A model generated the notes under the pieces. It searched no databases and was not told the DNA's origin. It saw only the letters and a list, made by a program, of their open reading frames with translations. 16,377 bases of DNA, taken from contig JBLFWS010000063.1 of assembly GCA_047611865.1 (NCBI GenBank), positions 1 to 16,377 on the forward strand. Direction: 5' to 3'. Positions within the stretch are counted from its first letter, which is position 1, and every line of letters begins with the position of its first letter. This DNA comes from Chlamydiales bacterium. GTDB taxonomy: Bacteria > Chlamydiota > Chlamydiia > Chlamydiales > JBDQID01. Positions 8,033 to 16,036 of the stretch are shown one piece after another. Made by a program: the position numbers and the translations under genes.

Positions 8033-9721
8033 TTACATCATTCCCATGCCAGGCATTCCGCCCATACCACCCATTCCGCCCATACCGCCCATACCACCCA
8101 TACCACCCATACCGCCGGCCATAGGAGCTACACCGGATTTAGGCTGAGGTTTGTCGGTAATCATAGCTGCGGTCGTCAAAAGCAGTCCGGCAACGGAAGC
8201 TGCATTAACTAGTGCATAGTGAGTAACCATAACAGGGTCAATGACGCCAGCTTCTACCAAGTCGGTAAACTCGTCGGTGAGACCGTTGTAACCCCAGTTG
8301 TCTTCTTTGTGTTCGAAGATTTTTTCTGCGATCAAATTGCCCTGCTTGCCACAGTTGTTGGCAATAGCTGTTGCAGGTTGGAAAGCAGCGAAACGAACGA
8401 TTTCAGCCCCCGTAGCTTCATCACCAATAAGCTTGAGCTTATCAAGAGCTTTAACAGCACGAAGAAGGGCTACTCCACCACCAGGAACGATTCCTTCTGC
8501 AACAGCAGCACGGGTAGCATGTAGAGCATCTTCTACGCGAGCTTTCTTCTCTTTGAGCTCAGTTTCTGTTGCGGCACCAACTTCTACTACAGCAACACCA
8601 CCGACGAGCTTAGCAAGGCGCTCTTCTAGGCTTTCTTTTTCGTAGCTGGAGTCGGAGTTTTCGATCTCGCTGCGGATTTGAGCAACGCGAGATTCAACTT
8701 TTTTCTGACTGCCTAAGCCATCAACGATTGTTGTGTTATCTTTAGTAATTTGGATAGTTTTAGCTTTTCCAAGAACTTCAGGGCCCACTTCATCGAGATT
8801 AAGGCCTATATCTTCTGTAACAACGGTACCACCTGTTAGAACAGCGATATCTTCGAGCATTGCTTTGCGGCGATCACCAAATCCTGGTGCTTTCACTGCG
8901 CATACCTGCATGCCACCTTTTAGCTTGTTAACCACAAGAGTCGCGAGAGCTTCGCCATCTACATCTTCTGCAATGATGAGAAGAGGCTTAGGACTATGTT
9001 CCATGATCTTTTCGAGGATAGGTACAATGTCACGAGCTGTAGAAAGCTTTTTGTCTGCGATAAGTACGTGTGCATTTTCAAGCTCTGTACTCATGCTTTC
9101 TGGATTTGTGATGAAATATGGTGAGAGGTAACCTTTATCGAACTGCATGCCTTCTACAACTTCGAGTGTAGTCTCGATACCCTTTGCTTCGGAAACGGTG
9201 ATGATTCCGTCTTTGCCAACTTTGTCCATAGCTTCGGAGATGATAGAGCCGATGTCTGGGTCGTTATTAGCGGAAATTGTAGCAATTTGCTTAACTTTTT
9301 CCTGGGTATCAATAGGAGTAGCGAGCTTATTGAGTTCAGCGACGATGGCATTAACAGCTTTGTCAATTCCACGTTTGAGGCTCATTGGATTCGCGCCGGC
9401 AGTGATGTTTTTTACGCCTTGTGTGTAGATAGCTTCTGCAAGAACGATAGCTGTAGTTGTTCCATCGCCAGCGGTGTCAGAAGTTTGGGAAGCTACTTGT
9501 TTGACAAGTTGCACACCCATGTTTTCAAATTTATCTTTTAGAGCGATTTCTTTGGCTACGGTAACTCCGTCTTTTGTAGAAGTTGGTGAGCCGAATCCTT
9601 TGTTGATGACTACATTTCGACCTTTTGGGCCCAAAGTAATTTTTACTGCTTTGGCGAGAAGCTTGATCCCTTTAGTAAGGGACTTATTTGCTTCTTCATT
9701 GAATTGCAACATTTTAGACAT
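8033..9721 (-). CDS. groEL: Chaperonin GroEL (Cpn60)
   Basis: [35 protein letters not shown] and GIVPGGG motifs; C-terminal (GGM)7 tail; SD AAGGAG. Confidence 0.99.
   Translation of the reverse strand: MSKMLQFNEEANKSLTKGIKLLAKAVKITLGPKGRNVVINKGFGSPTSTKDGVTVAKEIALKDKFENMGVQLVKQVASQTSDTAGDGTTTAIVLAEAIYTQGVKNITAGANPMSLKRGIDKAVNAIVAELNKLATPIDTQEKVKQIATISANNDPDIGSIISEAMDKVGKDGIITVSEAKGIETTLEVVEGMQFDKGYLSPYFITNPESMSTELENAHVLIADKKLSTARDIVPILEKIMEHSPKPLLIIAEDVDGEALATLVVNKLKGGMQVCAVKAPGFGDRRKAMLEDIAVLTGGTVVTEDIGLNLDEVGPEVLGKAKTIQITKDNTTIVDGLGSQKKVESRVAQIRSEIENSDSSYEKESLEERLAKLVGGVAVVEVGAATETELKEKKARVEDALHATRAAVAEGIVPGGGVALLRAVKALDKLKLIGDEATGAEIVRFAAFQPATAIANNCGKQGNLIAEKIFEHKEDNWGYNGLTDEFTDLVEAGVIDPVMVTHYALVNAASVAGLLLTTAAMITDKPQPKSGVAPMAGGMGGMGGMGGMGGMGGMGGMPGMGMM
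8036..8116 (-). repeat. Degenerate 9-nt coding repeat for the GroEL GGM tail
   Basis: Seven GGN-GGN-ATG units followed by PGMGMM. Confidence 0.9.
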
Positions 9722-9757
9722 GTCTTAAGACTCCTTATTACCTTGTGTAGACAAAAA

Positions 9758-10051
9758 TTAGCTGATAACTGCTAGAACATCATTTTCGGACATGATGAGG
9801 AATTCTTCGTCACCATCTTCATCTTTCACTTCGGTTCCTGCATAAGAGGAAAAGAGAACGCGGTCGCCAACTTTTAGTGATAGAGGTACAGTTTTACCAT
9901 CGTCGTCAGTTTTACCAGGACCGGCGGCAACAACTTCGCCTTCCTTTGGCTTTTCTTGTGCTGAGTCGGGGAGTAGGATCCCGTGTTTAGTGGCTAGAGC
10001 TTTAGATCTTTTCACTAATACTCGGTCATGCAAGGGCTTGAATTTAGACAT
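9758..10051 (-). CDS. groES: Co-chaperonin GroES (Cpn10)
   Basis: FKPLHDRVLV, GILLPDSAQEKP, VGDRVLFSSYAGTEV; SD AGGAG; immediately upstream of groEL. Confidence 0.98.
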   Translation of the reverse strand: MSKFKPLHDRVLVKRSKALATKHGILLPDSAQEKPKEGEVVAAGPGKTDDDGKTVPLSLKVGDRVLFSSYAGTEVKDEDGDEEFLIMSENDVLAVIS

Positions 10052-10113
10052 CTTGTCGACTCCTAAAGTTTTTGTTTTTCTGGTTATCGTTTATACCTTG
10101 TTAGAAAAACAGA

Positions 10114-10143
10114 ATTTTAGGGGGGGGGGGAGTTTTCTGTCAA
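10114..10143 (-). promoter_or_regulatory. groESL sigma66 promoter with a poly-C spacer
   Basis: Minus strand reads TTGACA-GAAAACT-C11-TAAAAT (18-nt spacer), about 60 nt upstream of groES. Confidence 0.8.
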
Positions 10144-10160
10144 GCAAAAGGGGGTATTTT

Positions 10161-10187
10161 TTAGCAGATAGCTTATTAGAGTGCCAA
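10161..10187 (-). promoter_or_regulatory. CIRCE element (HrcA operator), degenerate
   Basis: Minus strand TTGGCACTC-N9-ATCTGCTAA versus consensus TTAGCACTC-N9-GAGTGCTAA; correct 9-nt spacer; 17 nt upstream of the groESL -35 box. Confidence 0.8.
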
Positions 10188-10302
10188 ATAGGTCGAGTAA
10201 TCCTTTGGTTTTGATATTGATGGGGGTCTAATTAGAGCGAGGCTTGTAATAGAGGATTTGTGAGATTTTGGAAAGAATGCACGGTAGGGCATAGTTGTTG
10301 TT

Positions 10303-10469
10303 ATATACTGTGCGGGGGGCAATTTGATGCCTTTCCACCCAGAGATTTTGGTGTCTGGTGCCGTGCAGAGACCGAAGATAGCCACTTCGTGCGCTGCTGA
10401 GGTCGAGCACGGTGCCAGGCATCAAAAGATCGGGTGAGAAGCTATCAAATTGCTCACCGTGTAGTATAT
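10303..10469 (+). repeat. 167-nt rod-like hairpin element (TATAC...GTATA); candidate MITE or structured RNA
   Basis: Outer stem 10303-10330/10441-10469, middle stem CACCC/GGGTG, inner 21-bp stem 10346-10366/10407-10427. Confidence 0.85.
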
Positions 10470-10512
10470 TCTTAAATTGATATAAATAAGACACATGAGT
10501 GTTTTCTTTGAT

Positions 10513-11784
10513 TTACTTTTGAGCTACAGGGGCTCTGGAATACTGGGGATTAAGGTATTTTTTCCGTAGCTTGAGGAATTTATGCCTTCTTTCTTCATGG
10601 AGGGCAATAAGGGCCCAGCCGACATACTTTTTTTCTGAAATGATCTGATAGACTTCTTCAGTCCCATTGACCTTACAGAACATCTCTTTGCGATGAGCTG
10701 ATTTTTTTAAGCCCTCTTTAAATTTGGAGGGATAAAGGCTTTTTAGGATTCCTATAATCAAGTATTGAGTGGAGACGGGTTTGTAAATAGCGGGATTGGT
10801 AATGATGATTCGGATTCCGTGACAGTCTTTGCCTTGGAATTTTCCATAAAAGGGTTTGTAATGAAAAGGCTGAAAGTGGACACCAGGTAAATTTTGCTTG
10901 TTGAGGTGTTTGGCAAAGATGTCTGCATCAACCCAGGGTGCTCCAACTAATTTAAAGGGTAATGTATAGCCAATACCAATGCTAACGATTTGGAGCTCTC
11001 CTAAGATCCCGGTAGTAGGGTAGTAAAATGCTGTGTCGTCTTCAGGAATATGTGGACTTGTGGGTATCCATGGCAGGCCTGTGTCGTGAAAGGTCATATC
11101 ACGAGTCCAACCTCGCATGGGGACAACCGTTAAATCACAATCTACTTTGTATTCATTATTGAAAAACTGGGCTAACTCTCCTACGGTCATTCCGTGGCAG
11201 TAAGGTACATTGATATAGCCTACATATGAGCGCCAGGAATTATCGAGCATCGGGCCATCAACAACGAGTCCTCCCATGGGATTTGGGCGGTCGAGGACTA
11301 CGACTTTAATTTTGCGCTTAGCCGCCTCCTCCATGGCGTAGAATAATGTAGTGATGTAGGTGTAGGAGCGGGAGCCAATATCTTGAATGTCATAGATAAG
11401 GATGTCTATATCTTTCAGCATTTCAGGGGTAGGTCGTCTTGTTGCCCCATGCAATGAATAGATAGGGATATCGTCCTTACCCTTTGAAGTTTCAATGTTT
11501 TCAGCAGCATACGCTAAGCCACTAATTCCATGTTCCGGAGCAAACAAAGCTACGAGATTTGCTCGAGATTTAATCGCTTCAATGCTGCTTTCCATATGCC
11601 GGTTGATGGCTGTATGATTCGTGATAAGACCTACACGCTTTCCATCGAGGATTTTGAGATGATCCGTACTACATAAAATATCGATCCCTACGGAAATTTT
11701 TGCTCCAGAGGGCGATGCGTCAACGGAGTGTTGATGGGCAAGAAGGCAGGAAAGTATTAGTAGAAAGAGCAATTTTTTTTTCAT
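10513..11784 (-). CDS. namZ: Exo-beta-N-acetylmuramidase NamZ family (DUF1343/YbbC), with signal peptide
   Basis: RVGLITNHT, LFAPEHG, YDIQDIGSRSYTY, VLDRPNP, HGMTVGELA and WIPTSPHIP motifs; N-terminal MKKK-hydrophobic-VDA signal peptide. Confidence 0.9.
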   Translation of the reverse strand: MKKKLLFLLILSCLLAHQHSVDASPSGAKISVGIDILCSTDHLKILDGKRVGLITNHTAINRHMESSIEAIKSRANLVALFAPEHGISGLAYAAENIETSKGKDDIPIYSLHGATRRPTPEMLKDIDILIYDIQDIGSRSYTYITTLFYAMEEAAKRKIKVVVLDRPNPMGGLVVDGPMLDNSWRSYVGYINVPYCHGMTVGELAQFFNNEYKVDCDLTVVPMRGWTRDMTFHDTGLPWIPTSPHIPEDDTAFYYPTTGILGELQIVSIGIGYTLPFKLVGAPWVDADIFAKHLNKQNLPGVHFQPFHYKPFYGKFQGKDCHGIRIIITNPAIYKPVSTQYLIIGILKSLYPSKFKEGLKKSAHRKEMFCKVNGTEEVYQIISEKKYVGWALIALHEERRHKFLKLRKKYLNPQYSRAPVAQK

Positions 11785-11913
11785 CAGTTCTTTGCTTTAA
11801 TTTTCGCAGTTCTATCCTGTCAATGATTCAAACGAAATTCTTTTTGTAAAGAATGAATTTGTGCTATAAGCGCATAATTCTAATTTTTATATGTAAATAG
11901 TCGGAGGTTCAGC

Positions 11914-14900
11914 ATGGGTTCCTTTTCTCAACGAATGCAGAAAGCCAAGCAGAGGCTTGAGGTGATAAAGGGTAAAAAACTTAGTGTAAAGGAGCGCTGT
12001 GGCGCATCAATAGAGTTAGCTTCTTTGATGCTGGAAGAAGCTCAATCGATACAGAACCCGAGAGAAAAAGCCATACAGGATATGCTTTCTCGTATGATGA
12101 AGGACCCCGATGGGAAGGCATTTACAAATAGTTTTACAGACCAATGTTTTCGAAGTGAAAGAAGTGATCGTGTAGCTAATCAGCTAGTTTATCTTATTGA
12201 AAGTTTTGGAGTTCCTAAATTTCTTCCTTTTTGGGACCGTGTGAAACTAAGTCTATTCAAATTGATGGGTCGAGGAATGTCTCGCTTTCTAGTTCCTTTA
12301 GTCTCTTACGTCCTACGAAAAGAAACTTCAGATGTCATTATACCTGGCGAGCGCAAGCTATTAAACAAACATATGCTTCGTCGTTTTAATGAGGGTGTAC
12401 GTGTTAATTTAAATCACCTTGGAGAAGCTATACTTGGAGAGGGAGAAGCTCAAAGGCGTCTACAGCTTTACCTGGATGATTTGGCTAAGCCAGAGATTGA
12501 ATATGTTTCGGTAAAGATTTCTACGATTTGTAGTCAATTGAACTTGTTGGCGTGGGACGAAACTCTTGAGGGCATGGCTGAAAGGCTAAGAACTCTATAC
12601 CGAGAAGCAATGAAGTACGAGTTTACTTATCCTGATGGAAGAAGAGCTCCGAAGTTTGTTAATCTGGATATGGAAGAATATAGAGACCTGCATCTTACTG
12701 TAGCTATTTTTAAGAAAATTCTGGACGAAGAGGAATTTCGCCAACATAGCGCAGGAATTGTTTTGCAGGCATACCTCCCGGATTCTTACCTTATGCAACA
12801 GGAATTGACGGCCTGGTCTATTCGGCGTCTAGCTAAAGGCGGAGCCCCGATTAAAATTCGTGTGGTCAAGGGAGCTAACCTTGCCATGGAACAAGTAGAG
12901 GCTTCTTTGAATGGGTGGGCACAGGCTCCGTATGAAAACAAAGTAGATGTGGACGCTAACTATAAGCGTATGCTGCTTTACGGTTTTGAACCGAAAAGAG
13001 CCAAGGCTGTTCATATTGGTGTGGGTAGTCATAACCTTTTCGATATTGCTTTTGCGTTGCTTTTGCGTTCAGAGAAAAATGTGGAACAAGAAGTAGAATT
13101 CGAGATGCTTGAGGGGATGGCAGACCATATGAGAGAGGTTGTTCAAGAGCTTTCAGGGGGAATGTTGTTGTATTGCCCGGTTGCCAGAAAGCATGAGTTT
13201 CAAAACGCTGTAGCTTATCTTATCCGTAGACTCGATGAAAATACTGGAGAGGAGAACTTTCTTGGCCAATCTTTTGGGATGCATATGGGGAGTGAGGCAT
13301 GGAAAAGCCAAGTCGAAAAGTTTGAAAAATCTTGTGAGATTGTGAAAACGGTATCCTATGTACCTCGTCGTTCCCAGAACAGACTGGAAGGTATAGGAAA
13401 TATGAGTATCTCTACCCCATTCGATAATGACGCTACCACAGACTGGAGCTTGAAGAAGAATCGGGAATGGGCCCAGGGACTTTTATCAAAATGGTCTGTG
13501 CGAGAGCATCCTCCAGCAGTGCCCCTTGTCATCAGTGGTGGAACAGTATGCCCCCATGAGGCTAAGGGAATTGGTCAAGATCCTTCTAGACCTGGGCATA
13601 TACTATACAATTATTACCTTGCTGATGAGAGTCATGTGGAAAAAGCTCTTGAATCCTCAGTAGAGGCAAGGAATTCTTGGTCAGAGATTAGCGTGAGTGA
13701 GCGTTCAGAAATTGGATTCGCGATTGCTCAAGGTTTACGGCGACATCGTGGGGAGCTTATTGGTGTGATGGTTGCTGACGCCGGAAAGGTTATTCCTGAA
13801 GCTGATTCAGAGGTTTCTGAAGCTATTGATTTTGTAGAATACTATCGCAGAAGCATGGAAGAAGTCCAAGCCTGTGAAGATTTAGAATTGACAGCGAAAG
13901 GAACAGTTTTAGTGACACCTCCTTGGAATTTCCCTTGTGCCATACCGGTTGGAGGGATCTTTGCAGCTTTGATGACAGGAAACACAGTTATATTTAAACC
14001 AGCACCTGAAACAGTTTTGGTAGGGTGGCATGTGGCTCAGGTTTTCTGGGCTGCCGGTGTACCTAAAGATGTTTTACAATTTATTAACTGCCTCGATGAA
14101 CCAGTTGGGAGTAAACTTATTGCTGATCCAAGAGTATCCTGTGTCATCTTGACAGGAGCGACGGATACGGCAAAATTATTCTGGAGGCTAAGACCTGAAT
14201 TAGACCTGGTAGCCGAGACCGGGGGCAAAAATGCCATTATTGTTACAGAAATGGCAGACAGAGATCTCGCTGTAAAAGATATAGTGCACTCGGCTTTTGG
14301 GCATGCAGGACAAAAATGTAGTGCTGCTAGTTTGCTTGTCTGTGAATCAGAAGTTTATGATTCACCTGATTTTCGAAGGCAGCTTCGGGATGCAGCAGCA
14401 AGTTTGAAGGTGGGGTCTGCCTGGGAGCTTTCTACAGAAGTGAACCCTCTGATTCATGAGCCGAACGATACGCTTCAGAAAGGGCTGACGACTTTAGAGG
14501 CAGGAGAAGAATGGCTACTTGAACCGAAACAGAGTCCTGTTAATCCTCAGCTATGGAGCCCTGGCATAAAGTTTGGGGTTAAAAAAGGAAGTGCCTCTCA
14601 TCAAAAAGAGTTTTTTGGTCCGCTGCTTTCGGTGATGCGCTCAGAAGATCTTGATGAGGCGATAGATATTGTGAATGGAACTCCCTATGGCTTGACCTCA
14701 GGTCTTCACAGTCTTGACGAAAGAGAGCATGAGATCTGGTTAGACAAGATAGAAGCCGGGAATTGTTACATTAATCGAGGGATTACAGGGGCAATAGTGA
14801 GAAGGCAGCCTTTTGGAGGTTGTAAAGAAAGCTGTTTCGGGTTTGGAACAAAACCTGGTGGACCCAACTATCTTATCCAGTTTCTTCATTTAGCACAGAA

Positions 14901-15576
14901 AGGTCTGCCAACAGAAAGAGCCATACTTACCGAAGGGCCGATGGATTTTTATGAGATGATCTCTCAGCAGAGCTTTAGTCATCAGGAAAAGGGATTGTGG
15001 CAGGCGAGCATTGGCAGTTATGCTTTTTGGTGGCATTACTACAAATTAGATCATGATTATAGCCGCTTAGTTGGCCAGGATAATGTCATACGTTACCTTC
15101 CACGAAAGGCGATATGTCTACGCTTACAAAAGGGTGATAGCTTCTTATCTTTTGTACAGGTTTGTGCGGCAATAGTCTGTTGTAAGGCCAAGGTGGAGAT
15201 AAGTGCGAGCAAGGAAGTTATGGGTGAGTTTTGTGATGATAACATAAAGCGTTTTCCTGGCTTTTCATTTGCGGAAGAAGATGAACTTACCTTGATAGAC
15301 CGTTTGCGTTCTGGGGAGATTAAGCGACTACGCGTATTATCAACAGTTAGCGAAGCCTTGGTTCGTGCTGTAGCTGAGACTGGCTGTTACTTAGCCCGTC
15401 AGCCTGTGTTAGCGAATGGTCGGGTAGAATTATTGCAGTATCTCTCAGAGGTAAGCATTAGTAAAGACTACCATAGATATGGAAACTTAGGAACCCGTGA
15501 GCAGGAGAAGCGTAGGCCATTGCCTCGGCCGATCACTCAGACGAATTTATCTGTACGACGCGTCAAGGTAAGCTAG
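11914..15576 (+). CDS. putA: Bifunctional proline dehydrogenase / glutamate-gamma-semialdehyde (P5C) dehydrogenase, no N-terminal RHH domain evident
   Basis: PRODH motifs NLDMEEY, IVLQAYL, RVVKGAN, YLIRRLDEN; ALDH motifs PWNFP, ETGGKNA, AGQKCSA, EFFGP, RQPFGG; SD GGAGG. Confidence 0.96.
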   Translation: MGSFSQRMQKAKQRLEVIKGKKLSVKERCGASIELASLMLEEAQSIQNPREKAIQDMLSRMMKDPDGKAFTNSFTDQCFRSERSDRVANQLVYLIESFGVPKFLPFWDRVKLSLFKLMGRGMSRFLVPLVSYVLRKETSDVIIPGERKLLNKHMLRRFNEGVRVNLNHLGEAILGEGEAQRRLQLYLDDLAKPEIEYVSVKISTICSQLNLLAWDETLEGMAERLRTLYREAMKYEFTYPDGRRAPKFVNLDMEEYRDLHLTVAIFKKILDEEEFRQHSAGIVLQAYLPDSYLMQQELTAWSIRRLAKGGAPIKIRVVKGANLAMEQVEASLNGWAQAPYENKVDVDANYKRMLLYGFEPKRAKAVHIGVGSHNLFDIAFALLLRSEKNVEQEVEFEMLEGMADHMREVVQELSGGMLLYCPVARKHEFQNAVAYLIRRLDENTGEENFLGQSFGMHMGSEAWKSQVEKFEKSCEIVKTVSYVPRRSQNRLEGIGNMSISTPFDNDATTDWSLKKNREWAQGLLSKWSVREHPPAVPLVISGGTVCPHEAKGIGQDPSRPGHILYNYYLADESHVEKALESSVEARNSWSEISVSERSEIGFAIAQGLRRHRGELIGVMVADAGKVIPEADSEVSEAIDFVEYYRRSMEEVQACEDLELTAKGTVLVTPPWNFPCAIPVGGIFAALMTGNTVIFKPAPETVLVGWHVAQVFWAAGVPKDVLQFINCLDEPVGSKLIADPRVSCVILTGATDTAKLFWRLRPELDLVAETGGKNAIIVTEMADRDLAVKDIVHSAFGHAGQKCSAASLLVCESEVYDSPDFRRQLRDAAASLKVGSAWELSTEVNPLIHEPNDTLQKGLTTLEAGEEWLLEPKQSPVNPQLWSPGIKFGVKKGSASHQKEFFGPLLSVMRSEDLDEAIDIVNGTPYGLTSGLHSLDEREHEIWLDKIEAGNCYINRGITGAIVRRQPFGGCKESCFGFGTKPGGPNYLIQFLHLAQKGLPTERAILTEGPMDFYEMISQQSFSHQEKGLWQASIGSYAFWWHYYKLDHDYSRLVGQDNVIRYLPRKAICLRLQKGDSFLSFVQVCAAIVCCKAKVEISASKEVMGEFCDDNIKRFPGFSFAEEDELTLIDRLRSGEIKRLRVLSTVSEALVRAVAETGCYLARQPVLANGRVELLQYLSEVSISKDYHRYGNLGTREQEKRRPLPRPITQTNLSVRRVKVS

Positions 15577-15604
15577 GTCGTGTATTTAAATTACGAAACG
15601 CTAC

Positions 15605-15665
15605 TTTGAGATCGGTCATAACGCACCTACTTGTCTAAGTATGGAGAGTTATGACCGATCTCAAA
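15605..15665. repeat. Perfect 18-bp inverted repeat downstream of putA
   Basis: TTTGAGATCGGTCATAAC (15605-15622) and GTTATGACCGATCTCAAA (15648-15665), 25-nt spacer, no U-tract on the + strand. Confidence 0.9.
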
Positions 15666-15816
15666 TCAAGACAAAATGTGGGATGGTTTAGAAAGAGGAT
15701 TTTTTAGGTAACAAAAAGGGTTGTGGGATCATGCCGTTAGAATATGTCTAATTGCCAAAATTGCGAAGGCTAAATCGAGAAAAGTAAAGCTATGCTTAAG
15801 CTACCTGTTCTTGAAG

Positions 15817-16036
15817 TATTGGAGAGGTGCCACTACCGTGGCTATTAGGAGTTATCCATAGGAAGCTTATTCAAATTAGCTAATAATGGGATAATTTTAT
15901 TTCTTTGTTGGAGAGGGGTTTATAGGTGATTTCTTCTTAAGGCCACGGTAGTGGTCTTCCCTCTTGATAGCCCCGTGCTTTAGCTCGGGGATAGGAAAAA
16001 AAGATTCTGTGCCACGGTAGTGGGACCTCTCCAATA
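15817..16036. mobile_element. Putative MITE (~220 bp) with 26-bp terminal inverted repeats
   Basis: TATTGGAGAGGTGCCACTACCGTGGC (15817-15842) and GCCACGGTAGTGGGACCTCTCCAATA (16011-16036) are 25/26 complementary and TA-bounded, with internal partial copies and no ORF in the track. Confidence 0.6.

Noticed and set aside
8219..9728. Several + strand ORFs antisense to groEL, and similar shadow ORFs in lepB, ahpC, trkA, trkH and putA
   Set aside because: Typical antisense shadows of codon-biased genes with no independent evidence.
10176..10494. Minus-strand ORFs 10228-10494 (88 aa) and 10176-10385 (69 aa)
   Set aside because: No SD or recognisable motif; both run through the 167-nt hairpin and one ends within the CIRCE. 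Better explained as chance ORFs over a non-coding element.
15817..16036. Three GCCACGGTAGTGG copies as a CRISPR array
   Set aside because: The repeats are only 13 nt, in mixed orientation and irregularly spaced, and no cas genes are present.
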